Origin: Candidatus Dormiibacterota bacterium
GTDB taxonomy: Bacteria > Chloroflexota > Dormibacteria > Aeolococcales > Aeolococcaceae
Direction of reading: 5' to 3'
NCBI GenBank assembly: GCA_963709585.1
Contig: CAVPXI010000014.1
Coordinates: forward strand, 320,001-384,000
DNA: 64,000 bases
The notes under the pieces were generated by a model. It saw only the letters and a program-made list of their open reading frames with translations, was not told the origin of the DNA and made no database searches. Below, piece by piece: positions 18,439-30,412 of this stretch (position 1 is the first letter of the stretch; each line of letters begins with the position of its first letter). The position numbers and the translations under genes were made by a program.

Positions 18439-18831
18439 ATGAGCGACGCAGCCATGGCGGCCGTCTTCGACCATTTCCACGCGAGGCGGAGGCAGGATCT
18501 CGACGCGATCGCCGCTGGTCTCGATCCGGATGTGGTGCACCAGGGGGTCCGCCCTGAACTCGTCTGCAATGGGCGGCCGGCGGTTCTGGAGCGCATCGGC
18601 GCCTCCTTCGAAAGCGGCGAGACCGGCATCGAGCGGCTCGAGTTGCATGCGGCCGGCGAGAGCGTGATCGTCGGCATCGCCGGCCCTCGCTTCCGGGAGA
18701 TTCCGTTCCTCGACGGTGAGATCTTCATGGTCTTCACGCTGCGTGACCGGCTGATCCTGCGCATCGACGACTACCGGACCCGCGAGGAGGCCTTCCGTGC
18801 GGTGGGGGCGATGTCACCCGACCGCGGCTAG
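18439..18831 (+). CDS. NTF2/SnoaL-like protein
   Basis: DLDAIAAGLDPDVV, VFTLRDRLILRIDDYRTREEA. Confidence 0.8.
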   Translation: MSDAAMAAVFDHFHARRRQDLDAIAAGLDPDVVHQGVRPELVCNGRPAVLERIGASFESGETGIERLELHAAGESVIVGIAGPRFREIPFLDGEIFMVFTLRDRLILRIDDYRTREEAFRAVGAMSPDRG

Positions 18832-18861
18832 CCGCAGCACCGGGGAAGGGCGGCACGGCTG

Positions 18862-19137
18862 TCAGCTCGAGCTTGACGGCCCCTCGGGGAGCGAAGCCAG
18901 TTCATGCTCGGCAGCCGGCACCGGCTGCACCGGAGCCGGGGCGGGCGGCTCCCCCGGCGTCTCCGTCTCCGTCGCCCTGCGCACCGCTTCGCGGGTTTCG
19001 GCCGAAGCTTTCCGGAACTCACGGATGCCGCGTCCGGCTGCGGCGCCGACGTCGGGAAGCTTGCCCGGTCCCCAGATGATCAGGATGACCACCAGAACGA
19101 TGATCAGCTCGGGGATGTGTCCCGCAAACAAGTCCAT
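18862..19137 (-). CDS. tatA: Twin-arginine translocase TatA/E subunit
   Basis: ELIIVLVVILIIWGPGKLPDVGAAAGRGIREFRKA. Confidence 0.9.
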   Translation of the reverse strand: MDLFAGHIPELIIVLVVILIIWGPGKLPDVGAAAGRGIREFRKASAETREAVRRATETETPGEPPAPAPVQPVPAAEHELASLPEGPSSSS

Positions 19138-19240
19138 TCCAATCTCCAGACTAGCGCTGCTGCGCAGACGCGAATGAGGCGTCTGCAGTGACACGGGCAG
19201 CGTTCGGTCGGATCCAAACGACAAAGCCGTCGCAATGGGG

Positions 19241-19269
19241 TTGACCGTTCGGAGGATGCCTGTTACGGT
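19241..19269 (+). promoter_or_regulatory. Putative sigma70-type promoter of the CHAP gene
   Basis: TTGACC-N17-TACGGT. Confidence 0.45.
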
Positions 19270-19313
19270 CGGGGACCGTTCACCTGTTCGGTTTCATCTC
19301 ACGGAGGCACTCG

Positions 19314-20438
19314 TTGCTCGCTCGCCGCGTGTCTCTCGCCGCCTCGGCCGGCGCGATCGCACTGCTGGTGGTCGGCTCCCCGTTCAGTCAAAGGACTGCG
19401 CTTGCTGATCAGTTCACGCAGCAGATCCAGGCGCTCTCAGCGCAGGCAGGTGCGCTCAATCGCGCGATCGCATCGCTGAGCAACGCGAGCTCGGCCGCGC
19501 TGGGGAATGCACTCTCATCGTCGCAGGCGATCGCGACCACGCAGGGGAAACTCGCGCAGGCACAGCTCGAGCTCGACCAGGCCAACAAGAACCTGGCGAA
19601 CACGAGCGCGCAAGTGCCGATCGTCCACAGTGAATACACAGCAGATCAGGCCGATCTTGCCAATATCCTCGTGCACGTCTACGAGCTGACCGATGACGGA
19701 TCGGTCACCGCAATTCTCGTCGACAGCAAGAGCTTCATGGACGCGATGGACGCGCTGACCAGCGCTGACCACGTGAGCGCGCGCGTCCAGCAGTTGGTGA
19801 CCCAGATCCAGGGCAAACGCGACCAGCTGGACCGACTGCAGAAACAACAGGAGCTCGATCAGCTGCACGCGAATGCGCTGGTCGCCAGCCTCCAGACGCT
19901 GTCCGGGCAGCAGCAGACCGAGGAGGTCGCATACCGTCAGCAGGCCTCGTCGCTGAAAGGCAAGGCCGCGACGCTGCTGGCGCAACTCCAGGGAGTGCAC
20001 GCGAAGATCGCCGAGGTACGTCGCGAGCAGGAGGCGGCTGCTGCTGCTGCGGCGGCGGCGGCTGGGGCCGGCGCCGCACAGGTCGACGGGAACGCGCTGC
20101 GGCCCTTCGCATTCGGGCCACGAATGGACGACTATCCATGGGGACAGTGCACGTGGTACGTCGCCTCACTGCGCGACGTCTACTGGAGTGGCAACGCGTG
20201 GGAGTGGGCCTACACGGCGGGCGCAGCCGGCCGACCCGAGGGCATGAGGCCGCGGGTCGGAAGCCTGGTGGTGTTCGGACCCGGCCACGGCTACAGCCAG
20301 TTCGGACACGTGGCGTACGTCGTCGGCGTGCAGGGCTCGACGAGCTTCACGGTCGATGAGGCGAACATGCTCGGTCTGGGCGTCGTCGATCAGCGCCACA
20401 TCACGTCGCTCCACGACGTCGAGGCGTTCATCTACTAG
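19314..20438 (+). CDS. Secreted coiled-coil + CHAP peptidoglycan hydrolase (PcsB/CwlO-like)
   Basis: Signal peptide, long coiled coil, YPWGQCTWYV, GNAWEW, FGHVAYV, EAN. Confidence 0.9.
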   Translation: MLARRVSLAASAGAIALLVVGSPFSQRTALADQFTQQIQALSAQAGALNRAIASLSNASSAALGNALSSSQAIATTQGKLAQAQLELDQANKNLANTSAQVPIVHSEYTADQADLANILVHVYELTDDGSVTAILVDSKSFMDAMDALTSADHVSARVQQLVTQIQGKRDQLDRLQKQQELDQLHANALVASLQTLSGQQQTEEVAYRQQASSLKGKAATLLAQLQGVHAKIAEVRREQEAAAAAAAAAAGAGAAQVDGNALRPFAFGPRMDDYPWGQCTWYVASLRDVYWSGNAWEWAYTAGAAGRPEGMRPRVGSLVVFGPGHGYSQFGHVAYVVGVQGSTSFTVDEANMLGLGVVDQRHITSLHDVEAFIY

Positions 20439-20512
20439 CTGGCACCGGCGCGAGTACGCACCTGAGACGAACCCCCGCTGCGAGCGGTCTGCTGTACGGG
20501 CTCGGCGCGTAC

Positions 20513-21364
20513 GTGCTGTGGGGTCTCTTTCCGCTCTTCTGGCCGCTGCTCGAGCCCGCGACACCCCTCGAGATTCTTTCGTGTCGCATCGTTTTCTGCT
20601 TCGCCCTCATCGCCGTCCTGCTCGCTCTTCGTCACGAGCTCCGCGGCCTGCGCGAGTTGGACCGCGGCACCGTGCTGCGCCTTTGCGCCGCCGGTATCGC
20701 GATCGCGGTCAACTGGGGCGTCTACATCTGGGGCGTGAACAACGGCCATGTCATCGAGACGAGCCTCGGGTACTTCATCAATCCGCTCGTGACCATCGGG
20801 CTCGGAGTTGTGATCCTTCACGAGCGGCTTCGCGCGGTGCAGTGGGCGGCGGTGGGACTTGGCGTCGTCGCGGTCGTGGTTCTGAGCGTCGACTTCGGCC
20901 GACCGCCGTGGATCGCGTTGGCCCTGGCGTGCTCGTTCGGTACCTACGGATTCCTCAAGAAGGGCGTGCGAGCCTCGCCGCCGGAGGGCCTGTTCATTGA
21001 GGGTGCGGTGACCAGCCTCCCGGCGCTGATCGTGCTCGCGGTCCTCGCCTTCGCCGGGGACGCGACCTTCGTCGGGCACGCAGCAACCCCGGACCACCTC
21101 ATCCTGCTCATCGCGGCGGGGCCGGTGACGGCGCTTCCGCTGCTGTTGTTCGCCGCTGCCGCCACCCGGCTCCCACTGTCCAGCATGGGCCTGCTCCAGT
21201 ACGTCACCCCGGTCATGCAGTTCGCAATCGGCGTGCTGATCCTCCGCGAGACCACATCCTTCGCGCTGCTCAGCGGGTTTGCGCTGGTCTGGATAGCCCT
21301 CGGGATGCTCGGATTCGACGGTCTCCGCCACCGGCGTCAAGCGTCCGCTGAAGTGCCCGCGTAG
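20513..21364 (+). CDS. rarD: EamA-family transporter RarD (true start probably slightly upstream)
   Basis: WGLFPLFW, NWGVYIW, SLGYFINPL, GLLQYVTP. Confidence 0.9.
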   Translation: MLWGLFPLFWPLLEPATPLEILSCRIVFCFALIAVLLALRHELRGLRELDRGTVLRLCAAGIAIAVNWGVYIWGVNNGHVIETSLGYFINPLVTIGLGVVILHERLRAVQWAAVGLGVVAVVVLSVDFGRPPWIALALACSFGTYGFLKKGVRASPPEGLFIEGAVTSLPALIVLAVLAFAGDATFVGHAATPDHLILLIAAGPVTALPLLLFAAAATRLPLSSMGLLQYVTPVMQFAIGVLILRETTSFALLSGFALVWIALGMLGFDGLRHRRQASAEVPA

Positions 21365-21533
21365 GCCAGCCGGCTCTCGGATTCACGCCGCGAACCGAGG
21401 CTCGGGGAACCATTGCTCCGCGAATCTCCCAATCCCGGCGATTTCGCCGGTGATTTTCAGACCTTTACTGCATTTTGGCTAAGTACCATAAACATTGATA
21501 AGAGCTGTCAAGGCGGATAAACTTCGTTGATCC

Positions 21534-22700
21534 ATGGATGAGCTGGCAAACCCGTACCGCCCCGGCGCTGGGACGCCGCCTCCTGCGCTGACCGGACGCG
21601 ATGACCTCATCAACCGCTTCGGGATCGCGTTCCGTCGCGCCGTCGCCGGGCGACCCGGGAAGAGCCTGCTGATGATCGGACTGCGAGGGGCGGGCAAGAC
21701 CGTCCTGCTGAACCGGTTCGCCGAGATCGCGGAGCAGGAGGGCTTCCGGGTCGGGATCATCGAGGCGCCGGAGCACGGTCATTTCCCGTCGCTGCTGGCG
21801 GCGCGGCTCCGCCGGATCCTCCTCCCGCTCAGCAGCAACGTCGTCTCGACGGCCGTGACCCGAGCGCTGCGGGTACTCAAGACCTTCACGCTGCAGCTCC
21901 CCGACGGGACACGCGTTTCGATCGACGTCGAGGCGCTCAGGGGCCTTGCGAACTCCGGGAACCTCGCGGACGACGTCACCGACCTGCTGGTCGCCTGCGG
22001 CGAGGCGGCGAGGGACCGTGGGACGGGCATCGTGCTCGCCGTCGACGAGCTGCAATATGTGGGCTCCGAGGAGCTCTCCGCGTTGATCGTCGCGATCCAC
22101 CGGACCAATCAGCTCAGCCTGCCGGTGATCGTCACCGGCGCCGGGCTTCCGCAGCTGCGCGGGCTGGCGGGAGAGGCCAAGTCCTACGCGGAGCGCCTGT
22201 TTGACTTCCCCGAAATCGGGTCGCTCGATGCCGACGATGCTCGACGGGCACTTGCCGTGCCGGCCGAGGAGAGCGGCGCCTCGATCGACGACGCGGCCCT
22301 GGACATCATGGTCGAGCGATCGCACGGCTATCCGTACTTCCTGCAGGAGTGGGGCTACCACGTCTGGAACGTGGCGCCGCAGAGCCCGATCACCGCCGAT
22401 GACGTCGATCGCGCGGCGCCGCGGGTTCAAGACCAGCTTGACCAGAACTTCTTCCGGGTTCGCCTCGACCGGCTCACGCCGCGGGAACGGGAGTACCTCG
22501 TCGCCATGGCATCGCTCGGCCCGGGACCGCACCGCTCCGGGGACATCGCCGCAGCGCTCGGTGTGCGTGTCGAGTCGGTCGCGCCACGCCGTTCGGCGCT
22601 GATCGCCAAGGGGATCCTGTACAGCCCTGCGCACGGAGACACGGCGTTCACCGTGCCGCTCTTCGACGAGTTCCTCAAGCGGGTGGACGGTCGCGATTGA
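21534..22700 (+). CDS. AAA+ ATP-binding protein with C-terminal wHTH
   Basis: NPYRPGAG.PP.LTGR, GLRGAGKT, LAVDELQ, GYPYFLQ, RSALIAKG. Confidence 0.88.
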   Translation: MDELANPYRPGAGTPPPALTGRDDLINRFGIAFRRAVAGRPGKSLLMIGLRGAGKTVLLNRFAEIAEQEGFRVGIIEAPEHGHFPSLLAARLRRILLPLSSNVVSTAVTRALRVLKTFTLQLPDGTRVSIDVEALRGLANSGNLADDVTDLLVACGEAARDRGTGIVLAVDELQYVGSEELSALIVAIHRTNQLSLPVIVTGAGLPQLRGLAGEAKSYAERLFDFPEIGSLDADDARRALAVPAEESGASIDDAALDIMVERSHGYPYFLQEWGYHVWNVAPQSPITADDVDRAAPRVQDQLDQNFFRVRLDRLTPREREYLVAMASLGPGPHRSGDIAAALGVRVESVAPRRSALIAKGILYSPAHGDTAFTVPLFDEFLKRVDGRD

Positions 22701-22728
22701 GCCCGCCGGTGGCGCACTCCCTGTAGCC

Positions 22729-23499
22729 TTGCCGATCATGACCGACACCGAGCTCGTCCATCTCGCAATCGACGCCGGCATCGCAACCGTTACGCTCGAT
22801 TCACCCCACAACCGCAATGCGCTCTCTCGCCGGCTCATCACCGAGCTCACCGATCACCTCCGCACCGCCGGCGCTGATGGCGACGTCCGCGCGGTCGTGC
22901 TCACGCATACTGGGACCACCTTCTGCGCGGGCGCAGACCTCGCCGAAGCATCGACGGGCCCGATGACCGGAACCGCGAGCGGCCTGCTCGCCCTGCTGCG
23001 CGTGATCGTCGAGCTGCCTCGTCCCGTTATTGCCAACATCGACGGTCACGTGCGGGCCGGCGGCATCGGGCTGCTCGGCGCGTGCGATATCGTGGTTGCG
23101 GGGCCGCGGAGCACGTTCGCGATCACCGAGGCCCGACTCGAAGTCGCGGCGGCGGTCATCTCGGTGACCGTGCTGCCCCAACTCGACGAGCGCTCCGCGG
23201 CGCGCTACTACCTCACCGGCGCGACCTTCGACGCCACCGAGGCGCAACGCGTCGGCCTGGTCACGATCGCGACCGACGACGTCGACGGCGCTGTCGGAGC
23301 CCTCACCGCCGACCTGCGCCTGGCATCACCCCAGGGACTCGTCGAGTCGAAGTTCCTTGCGAACCGCAGCGTTCGGGAGGCGATCGAGCGGCATGGGGAC
23401 GCGATGGTGGAGCTGTCAGCGCGCCTCTTCGCGTCGGAGGAGGCGAACGAGGGCATGACCGCGTTCCTCGAGCGGCGACCGCCCCGGTGGTCCGCCTGA
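22729..23499 (+). CDS. Enoyl-CoA hydratase/isomerase
   Basis: NRNALS, FCAGADL, AGGIGL, EGMTAFLERR. Confidence 0.9.
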   Translation: MPIMTDTELVHLAIDAGIATVTLDSPHNRNALSRRLITELTDHLRTAGADGDVRAVVLTHTGTTFCAGADLAEASTGPMTGTASGLLALLRVIVELPRPVIANIDGHVRAGGIGLLGACDIVVAGPRSTFAITEARLEVAAAVISVTVLPQLDERSAARYYLTGATFDATEAQRVGLVTIATDDVDGAVGALTADLRLASPQGLVESKFLANRSVREAIERHGDAMVELSARLFASEEANEGMTAFLERRPPRWSA

Positions 23500-23534
23500 C
23501 CACACCGACCGGGGCCGAGGACATAATCCGCGCG

Positions 23535-24518
23535 GTGACCAGCGAGCCCTGGGGATCTCAGCCGTCCTCCACCGGCGCCGGCGCAAGTCCCTCGGCGGCG
23601 CTGCGCCACGTGCTTCTCTGGGCTTCGCGGCGCAGTCAGATCAAGCGGGCGGTGACATCGGCGCCGGTGACTCGGCAGGTGGTCCGTCGCTTCGTCGCCG
23701 GCGAGACCATCGAGGACGCCGTCCGCGTGACCCGGGACCTGACCGCCGGCGGGCTGCAGGTCTCGCTCGACCATCTCGGCGAGGACACCCGCGACGCCAC
23801 GACGGCACGTGCCGCGGTGGACGCATACCGCGCCCTCGCCGCCCGCCTGGCCGAGGACGGCCTTGCCACCGTCGCGGAGATGTCGGTGAAACTCTCCGCG
23901 GTGGGGCAGGCCCTCGACGAGTCCATGGCCCTCGACAACGCGCGTGTGATCTGCGACGCCGCCCGCGCCGCCGGCTCGTTGGTGACCATCGACATGGAGG
24001 ACCACACCACCACCGATTCGACGCTGCGTCTCGTCGCCTTGATTCGCCAGGACTTCCCGTCGACCGGGGCGGTGCTCCAGGCGTCGCTCCACCGGACCGA
24101 GGACGACTGCCGTGCCCTGGGGGTGCCGGGTTCGCGTGTTCGTCTGTGCAAGGGTGCATACCTGGAGCCGCCGTCCGTCGCCTGGCAACGCCCCGACGCC
24201 ATCCGTGCTGCGTACATCAACTGCCTGAGCACGCTGATCGCCGGCGGCGCGCTGCCGATGGCTGCCACGCACGACCCTAAGCTCGTCGAGGCGACCGGCC
24301 GCCTGGTCCGCGACATCGGCGGACCAGGATTCAAACACGAGTATCAGATGCTCTTCGGGATCCGCCCCGGTGAGCAGCACCGCCTCGTCGCGGCCGGTGA
24401 GACGGTGCGCGTCTACGTGCCGTTTGGCGTGCAGTGGTATGGATATCTCATGCGCCGCATGGCCGAGCGACCGGCCAACACCGGGCTCTTCCTGCGCGCG
24501 CTGATGAGCAGGCGCTGA
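23535..24518 (+). CDS. Proline dehydrogenase (monofunctional)
   Basis: RRFVAGE, IDMED, RLCKGAY, ATHD, YQMLFGIR, RRMAERPAN. Confidence 0.92.
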   Translation: MTSEPWGSQPSSTGAGASPSAALRHVLLWASRRSQIKRAVTSAPVTRQVVRRFVAGETIEDAVRVTRDLTAGGLQVSLDHLGEDTRDATTARAAVDAYRALAARLAEDGLATVAEMSVKLSAVGQALDESMALDNARVICDAARAAGSLVTIDMEDHTTTDSTLRLVALIRQDFPSTGAVLQASLHRTEDDCRALGVPGSRVRLCKGAYLEPPSVAWQRPDAIRAAYINCLSTLIAGGALPMAATHDPKLVEATGRLVRDIGGPGFKHEYQMLFGIRPGEQHRLVAAGETVRVYVPFGVQWYGYLMRRMAERPANTGLFLRALMSRR

Positions 24519-25462
24519 TGGCCGCGTCACTGCACGGCACCCGCGTCGTCGTCACCGGCGGCGCCGGCTTCATCGGCGTCCACAGCGTCGAGGCATTGCT
24601 CGAATCCGGAGCGGAGGTGCTGGTCGTCGACGACCTGCGTCACGCCTCGTACCGGCCGCTCCCCGGCGGCGCGGGTCTCGAGGTGGTGGATGTCGGCGAG
24701 GCCGCGTCGCGCGCCGCTATCGAGGGCTGGAAACCCACGGCGATCCTCCATCTCGCCGCGCAGGGCGGCGTCAACCGATCCTGGCGCGAGCCGGCGGCGG
24801 ACGCCCGAATCAACGTGCTCGGGACCGTGAGCGTGCTCGCGGCGGCGATCGCCGCCGGGTGCCGGCGGGTCGTCGTCGCGTCATCCGGCGGAGCCCTCTA
24901 TGGAGCCGCGCGCCGCCTGCCGACACCCGAGGACGAACCGGCACAGCCACGATCGCCGTACGGCACCGCAAAGCTCAGCATCGAGCACTACCTCGGCCAT
25001 TTCACGCGGGCCGGCGCCGTCGATGCGCTGGCGCTCCGCTACGGGAACGTCTACGGCCCGGGGCAGGACGGCACCGGCGAAGCGGGTGTCGTGGCGATCT
25101 CGAGCCACCGGTTGCTCGAGGGCCGGGCGCCGGTGATCCGGGGCGACGGCGCCCAGACCCGGGATTTCACCTACGTCGGGGATATCGTCGCCGCGAACGT
25201 TCTGGGGCTCACCTCGAACGTGACCGGCGCGCTCAACATCGGCACCGGCCGCGAGACCGCGGTCGGCGATCTGGTCCGCCGCCTCTGCGCGCTCGCCGGC
25301 TATGGCGGGGAGCCCGAGCGCGAGCTGCTTCCACCCGGCGAGGTGGCGCGCAGCGCCCTCGACAACTCGCTGGCCGCCGATCGCCTCGGATGGAGCCCGA
25401 GTGTCAGCCTCGACGATGGGCTGGCGCAGACGCTGGTGAGCTTCCGCGACCAGGTCCGGTGA
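24518..25462 (+). CDS. NAD-dependent sugar epimerase (GalE-like)
   Basis: TGGAGFIG, YGTAK, LRYGNVYGP, QTRDFTYV. Confidence 0.9.
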   Translation: MAASLHGTRVVVTGGAGFIGVHSVEALLESGAEVLVVDDLRHASYRPLPGGAGLEVVDVGEAASRAAIEGWKPTAILHLAAQGGVNRSWREPAADARINVLGTVSVLAAAIAAGCRRVVVASSGGALYGAARRLPTPEDEPAQPRSPYGTAKLSIEHYLGHFTRAGAVDALALRYGNVYGPGQDGTGEAGVVAISSHRLLEGRAPVIRGDGAQTRDFTYVGDIVAANVLGLTSNVTGALNIGTGRETAVGDLVRRLCALAGYGGEPERELLPPGEVARSALDNSLAADRLGWSPSVSLDDGLAQTLVSFRDQVR

Positions 25463-26689
25463 TCAGACCGCGGTGTGGGCGGCGGTGATCAGGCCGGACA
25501 CATCGAGCACCAAGGCGAGCGCCACCAGCGCGCCGATCACCGTGGCGCGTGTCGTCGAAAGCGGCCCGGTCCGCCGCCACGCGATCGTCCACGCGGTAAT
25601 CGGTGCCGCCGCGGCGACCGCGACGAGCAGGTAGCGCGCCTGCGGCTGAAGATCGAACGTGGCCGAGTTCAACACCGACTGAATCGCCGCAACCAGCAGC
25701 GCGCCGAGGAGGAGGATCGCGACCCTCCGCCGCACCGGGTCCCATCTCGCCCAGGAACGCGCCACCGCGACGCAGGCGGCGATGGTGATCACGGCGACGC
25801 CGGCGATCGCGACCGTGGCGGGCAGCGGCCGAACTCCGAGGATCGAGATCGCCACGAGATGCGCGCCGTCTCCGTACATGCCCACCAGGCTCACCGCCGT
25901 GGCGGCGAGATAGCCGCGCACCTGCGCGAATGAGTCGAAGACCTGGCGCTGCGCGGTGATCGGGTGCAACGGTGGGAGCGGACTCCCGAACTCCACGGCG
26001 TTGCGCACGAACCACCACCCTGCGAGCACGATCGTCGGCACGAGCAGCGCGGCCGCGTGGAGAGCGCGAAGCTGGCGGCCACATCGCACCACGACCAGTA
26101 CCAGGAGCAACAGCGCCAGGATCCAGACCGTCTCCTTGGCGAGCACGGCGAGGGCGACCGCAAGCCCGGCCCCGAGAGCGAGACGCGGCGTCACCACCTC
26201 GCTCTGCACCACGACGACCCCGGCGAGCACGAGCAGGGCGCCGGCGAGCCAGGCGAGGTTGTCGTCGTTGATCGCTCCTGCCAGGTACTGCGCCTCGGGG
26301 AGGAGCGCGACCAGGGCCGCGGCTCCCACGGCCAGCGCCGGCCGGAGTGGGAAGAGGCGCCGCGACACCGCGTAGACGGTGAGAATCGTGAGCACCCCGA
26401 GGACCACGGAAACCAGCCGGATGAGGTGCGGATCGTCCCCGCTCAGCCTGGCGACGATCGCCCCCAGGAGGTAGTAGAGCGGCGGTTGCTGACGTTCGGG
26501 CTCGCCAGCCGGCGGCAGCCGGAGGTGATCTGCGATGCCGTTGATGTAGTGGAGGTGGGACAGCTCGTCGGGCGACGCGCCGACCGGCGTGATCCGGGTG
26601 TAGGCGACCGCGAATCCTGCGAAGACCGCGATCACGGTCCCGAGGAGGATGCGATCAACGCGCAGCCGCTCGCCGCGAGCGACACTCAC
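25463..26689 (-). CDS. GT-C fold membrane glycosyltransferase (PMT/ArnT/DUF2142-like)
   Basis: PDELSHLHY, QPPLYY, INDDNL, QARYL; multiple TMs. Confidence 0.78.
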   Translation of the reverse strand: MSVARGERLRVDRILLGTVIAVFAGFAVAYTRITPVGASPDELSHLHYINGIADHLRLPPAGEPERQQPPLYYLLGAIVARLSGDDPHLIRLVSVVLGVLTILTVYAVSRRLFPLRPALAVGAAALVALLPEAQYLAGAINDDNLAWLAGALLVLAGVVVVQSEVVTPRLALGAGLAVALAVLAKETVWILALLLLVLVVVRCGRQLRALHAAALLVPTIVLAGWWFVRNAVEFGSPLPPLHPITAQRQVFDSFAQVRGYLAATAVSLVGMYGDGAHLVAISILGVRPLPATVAIAGVAVITIAACVAVARSWARWDPVRRRVAILLLGALLVAAIQSVLNSATFDLQPQARYLLVAVAAAAPITAWTIAWRRTGPLSTTRATVIGALVALALVLDVSGLITAAHTAV

Positions 26690-28222
26690 GGGAGGGTCTG
26701 GGCGGTGTCGGCCCGGACCCACACGGTGTCCGGGTAGCTGTGGTACTCGTTCACGTATTCGCCGCCGGCGAGCAGCTTGCCGATCTCCGGGAAGAGCACC
26801 TGCGCCTGGGCGTCGACGATGATCAGCGCCGGGCGCTGCTTGGCCACGTACTGCTCGACGGGGCCGCCGTACCCGAGGAGGACCTCGTCGTTGTAGATCG
26901 GAGGCGTTGGCATGTCGACCTGCAAGTTTGCGAGGGCATAGACCCACGCGTCATAGGACCAGACGACGGCGGTGTCGCCGCTCAACCCCCGGGATGTGAT
27001 CCAGGCTGCCGCGTTCGCGTCGCCCGCCACCCGGTAGTCGAAGTCGTTCAGCCATCGTGCCCTCCAGGTCGGATCGAACGCGGCGGCGGCCGCGCCGCCG
27101 TAGTAACCGCTGAGGGTGTGCGAGTTGGTCGCCGACGGCGGGATCGGCAGCCAGTCGATACCGGCGACCTTCGCGGTCAGTATCGCGATCGCCAGGCCGC
27201 CGATCTGCAGGACCGGACCGACCAGCGAGCGCCGGCCGCCGGCACGGAACCGCTTCGACGATGGTACCGAGGCCCCCACGAGCAGCAAGGTGAGCGGCGC
27301 CACCGCTGGCTCGAGGAAGTGGGGGTAGGGTTGCCCGGCGACCGCGGTGACCACCAGGGTGGCACCTGCCCAGAGCGCGAGCACCCAGTCGAACTCGCGG
27401 GCGGCGACGGCTGGCGATCGCTCCGGCAGCGATCAGCAGCGCCGCACCGGCGGCGAGGCCGAAATGCGCGACCCCGCCTGCGGCGCTCGCCGGCAGAGCC
27501 TTCTGCGTGTAGCTCACGTAGAAGCCGGCGAGCGCGAACGCGACGGTGCCGGCGCCGGCGGTGATGACCGCCGCGGTCAGCCAGGCCACGGTGATGGCCG
27601 CGACCGTGGCCAGGAAGACGAAGGCGTCGCGGCGGCGCAGGTTCGGGGCCAGCAGCATCGCGAAGAAGAACGCCGAAGTCTCGGCCACCGCAGTCTGCTG
27701 ATAGGCGATCGCGGCGGCCATGAGCACGCCGACCGCGAGCGGCCAGCGCGGGATGCCGGGCGGGACGGCGTCTCGGTCCCCGCGAAGAATTCGCACCAGG
27801 ACGATGGCGCCCGCCCAGCTCAGGGGCGCGATCATCAGGCTCTCCGGTAGCGCGAGCTCGGCGTCGAGGAAGGGCGGGCCCAGGATCACCGCGGCAATCA
27901 CCCCCGCCACGAGCGCGCGTCGAGGCGTGTACAGACGGCCCGCTGCCCAGACGATGGCCGCGATGGTGAGCATCCCACTGATCAGCGTCAGGACGTGCAG
28001 TCCGACCTCGCTCGACCCGAAGAGCTTCACCTCCAGCGCGATCGTCCAGAGCATCCCCGGTGGCTTGTTGTTCCAGGTCTGCGAGTAGAGGACCTTGCCG
28101 CCGAGCAGTTCGCGAGCGACGTTCACGTACCCCGCCTCGTCCGTGTACCAGTGCGGCTCCATGAGTGACGGCAAACGAAGGATCACCAGCGTGACCAATC
28201 CCGGAACCGCCGCTCTCCGCAT
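26686..28222 (-). CDS. GT-C fold membrane glycosyltransferase (ArnT/GT39-like), frameshift near 27390
   Basis: WYTDEAGY, NNKPPG, YPHF; multi-TM; two ORFs join. Confidence 0.75.
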
Positions 28223-28966
28223 CTAGGCTCGCTCCCGGTGCGCGCCCTCCGGTCGCCAGGTCATCGCCAGCGAGACGCGAAGACGGATCACGTCGCGCAT
28301 CGCTCGGGCGACAGGGATGAGACGCCCGCCGGAGCGGCGCCCGGCGAGCCGGGGAAGATGCTCGACGCGGATCTGGATCACCCCCAATCCCAGCCGGTGG
28401 GCTTTGAAGAACATCTCGGGATTGAACACCGCCGAGCGAGCGCGGATAGGAGTGACGCCGTCCCACACCTCGCGCGTGAACGCCTTTAAGCCGCAGTCGA
28501 AATCGAGCTCGCGGATGCCGAAGGCGATGCGGACCACCCGGTTGTAGACGGCGCTCACGAATGACCGATACCAGGGGTCGGCGCGTCGAGCGCGAATGCC
28601 GGCAACCATGTCCGCATGATCGAGCGCGGCGATCACGCGACCGAGGTCGGGTGGGTCGAACTGGCCGTCGCCGTCCATGAACGCGAGGATCTTCCCCCGC
28701 GATGCCCGCAGCCCGTCGCACACCGTGATGGCGTAGCCGCGCTGCTGTCTGTGGGTCACGACGGTGAGGTTTGATGCCGCCTCCCCCATCGCGATCCGCG
28801 CCGCACCGGCGGTGTCGTCCTGGCTCGCGTCATCAACCAGGACGATCTCGTAAGTGCGACCGCCTTCGGCGAGCACCGGCATCACGTCCCGGAGGACGCG
28901 CCCGATGTTCTCAGCCTCGTTGTGGACTGGGATCGTCAGGCTGACGTCGACTTCGGCGAGCGCCAC
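28223..28966 (-). CDS. GT2 glycosyltransferase, polyprenyl-phosphate sugar synthase-like
   Basis: IPVHNEAENI, VDDASQD, MDGDGQFDP, DFDCGLKAF. Confidence 0.88.
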   Translation of the reverse strand: MALAEVDVSLTIPVHNEAENIGRVLRDVMPVLAEGGRTYEIVLVDDASQDDTAGAARIAMGEAASNLTVVTHRQQRGYAITVCDGLRASRGKILAFMDGDGQFDPPDLGRVIAALDHADMVAGIRARRADPWYRSFVSAVYNRVVRIAFGIRELDFDCGLKAFTREVWDGVTPIRARSAVFNPEMFFKAHRLGLGVIQIRVEHLPRLAGRRSGGRLIPVARAMRDVIRLRVSLAMTWRPEGAHRERA

Positions 28967-28971
28967 CGGCG

Positions 28972-30258
<1,287 letters not shown>

Positions 30259-30412
30259 TTATGAGCTCGGATTATGCCTACACGGTCCGTCCACTGGCCA
30301 CACCGAACCATCAATGCCCGCCTGAAAACCAGCGAACGCTGAGAAATCAGCGTGCCTACCCCTGTGCAAACCATCGACCCCGGAGCGGACAAAAGAGCGA
30401 CAATCAGCTTTC

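Noticed and set aside
19140-19313. c-di-AMP or c-di-GMP riboswitch before the CHAP hydrolase
   Set aside because: No recognisable consensus; a plain promoter explains the region.
20034-20066. GCT/GCG trinucleotide run
   Set aside because: Poly-Ala linker of the CHAP protein.
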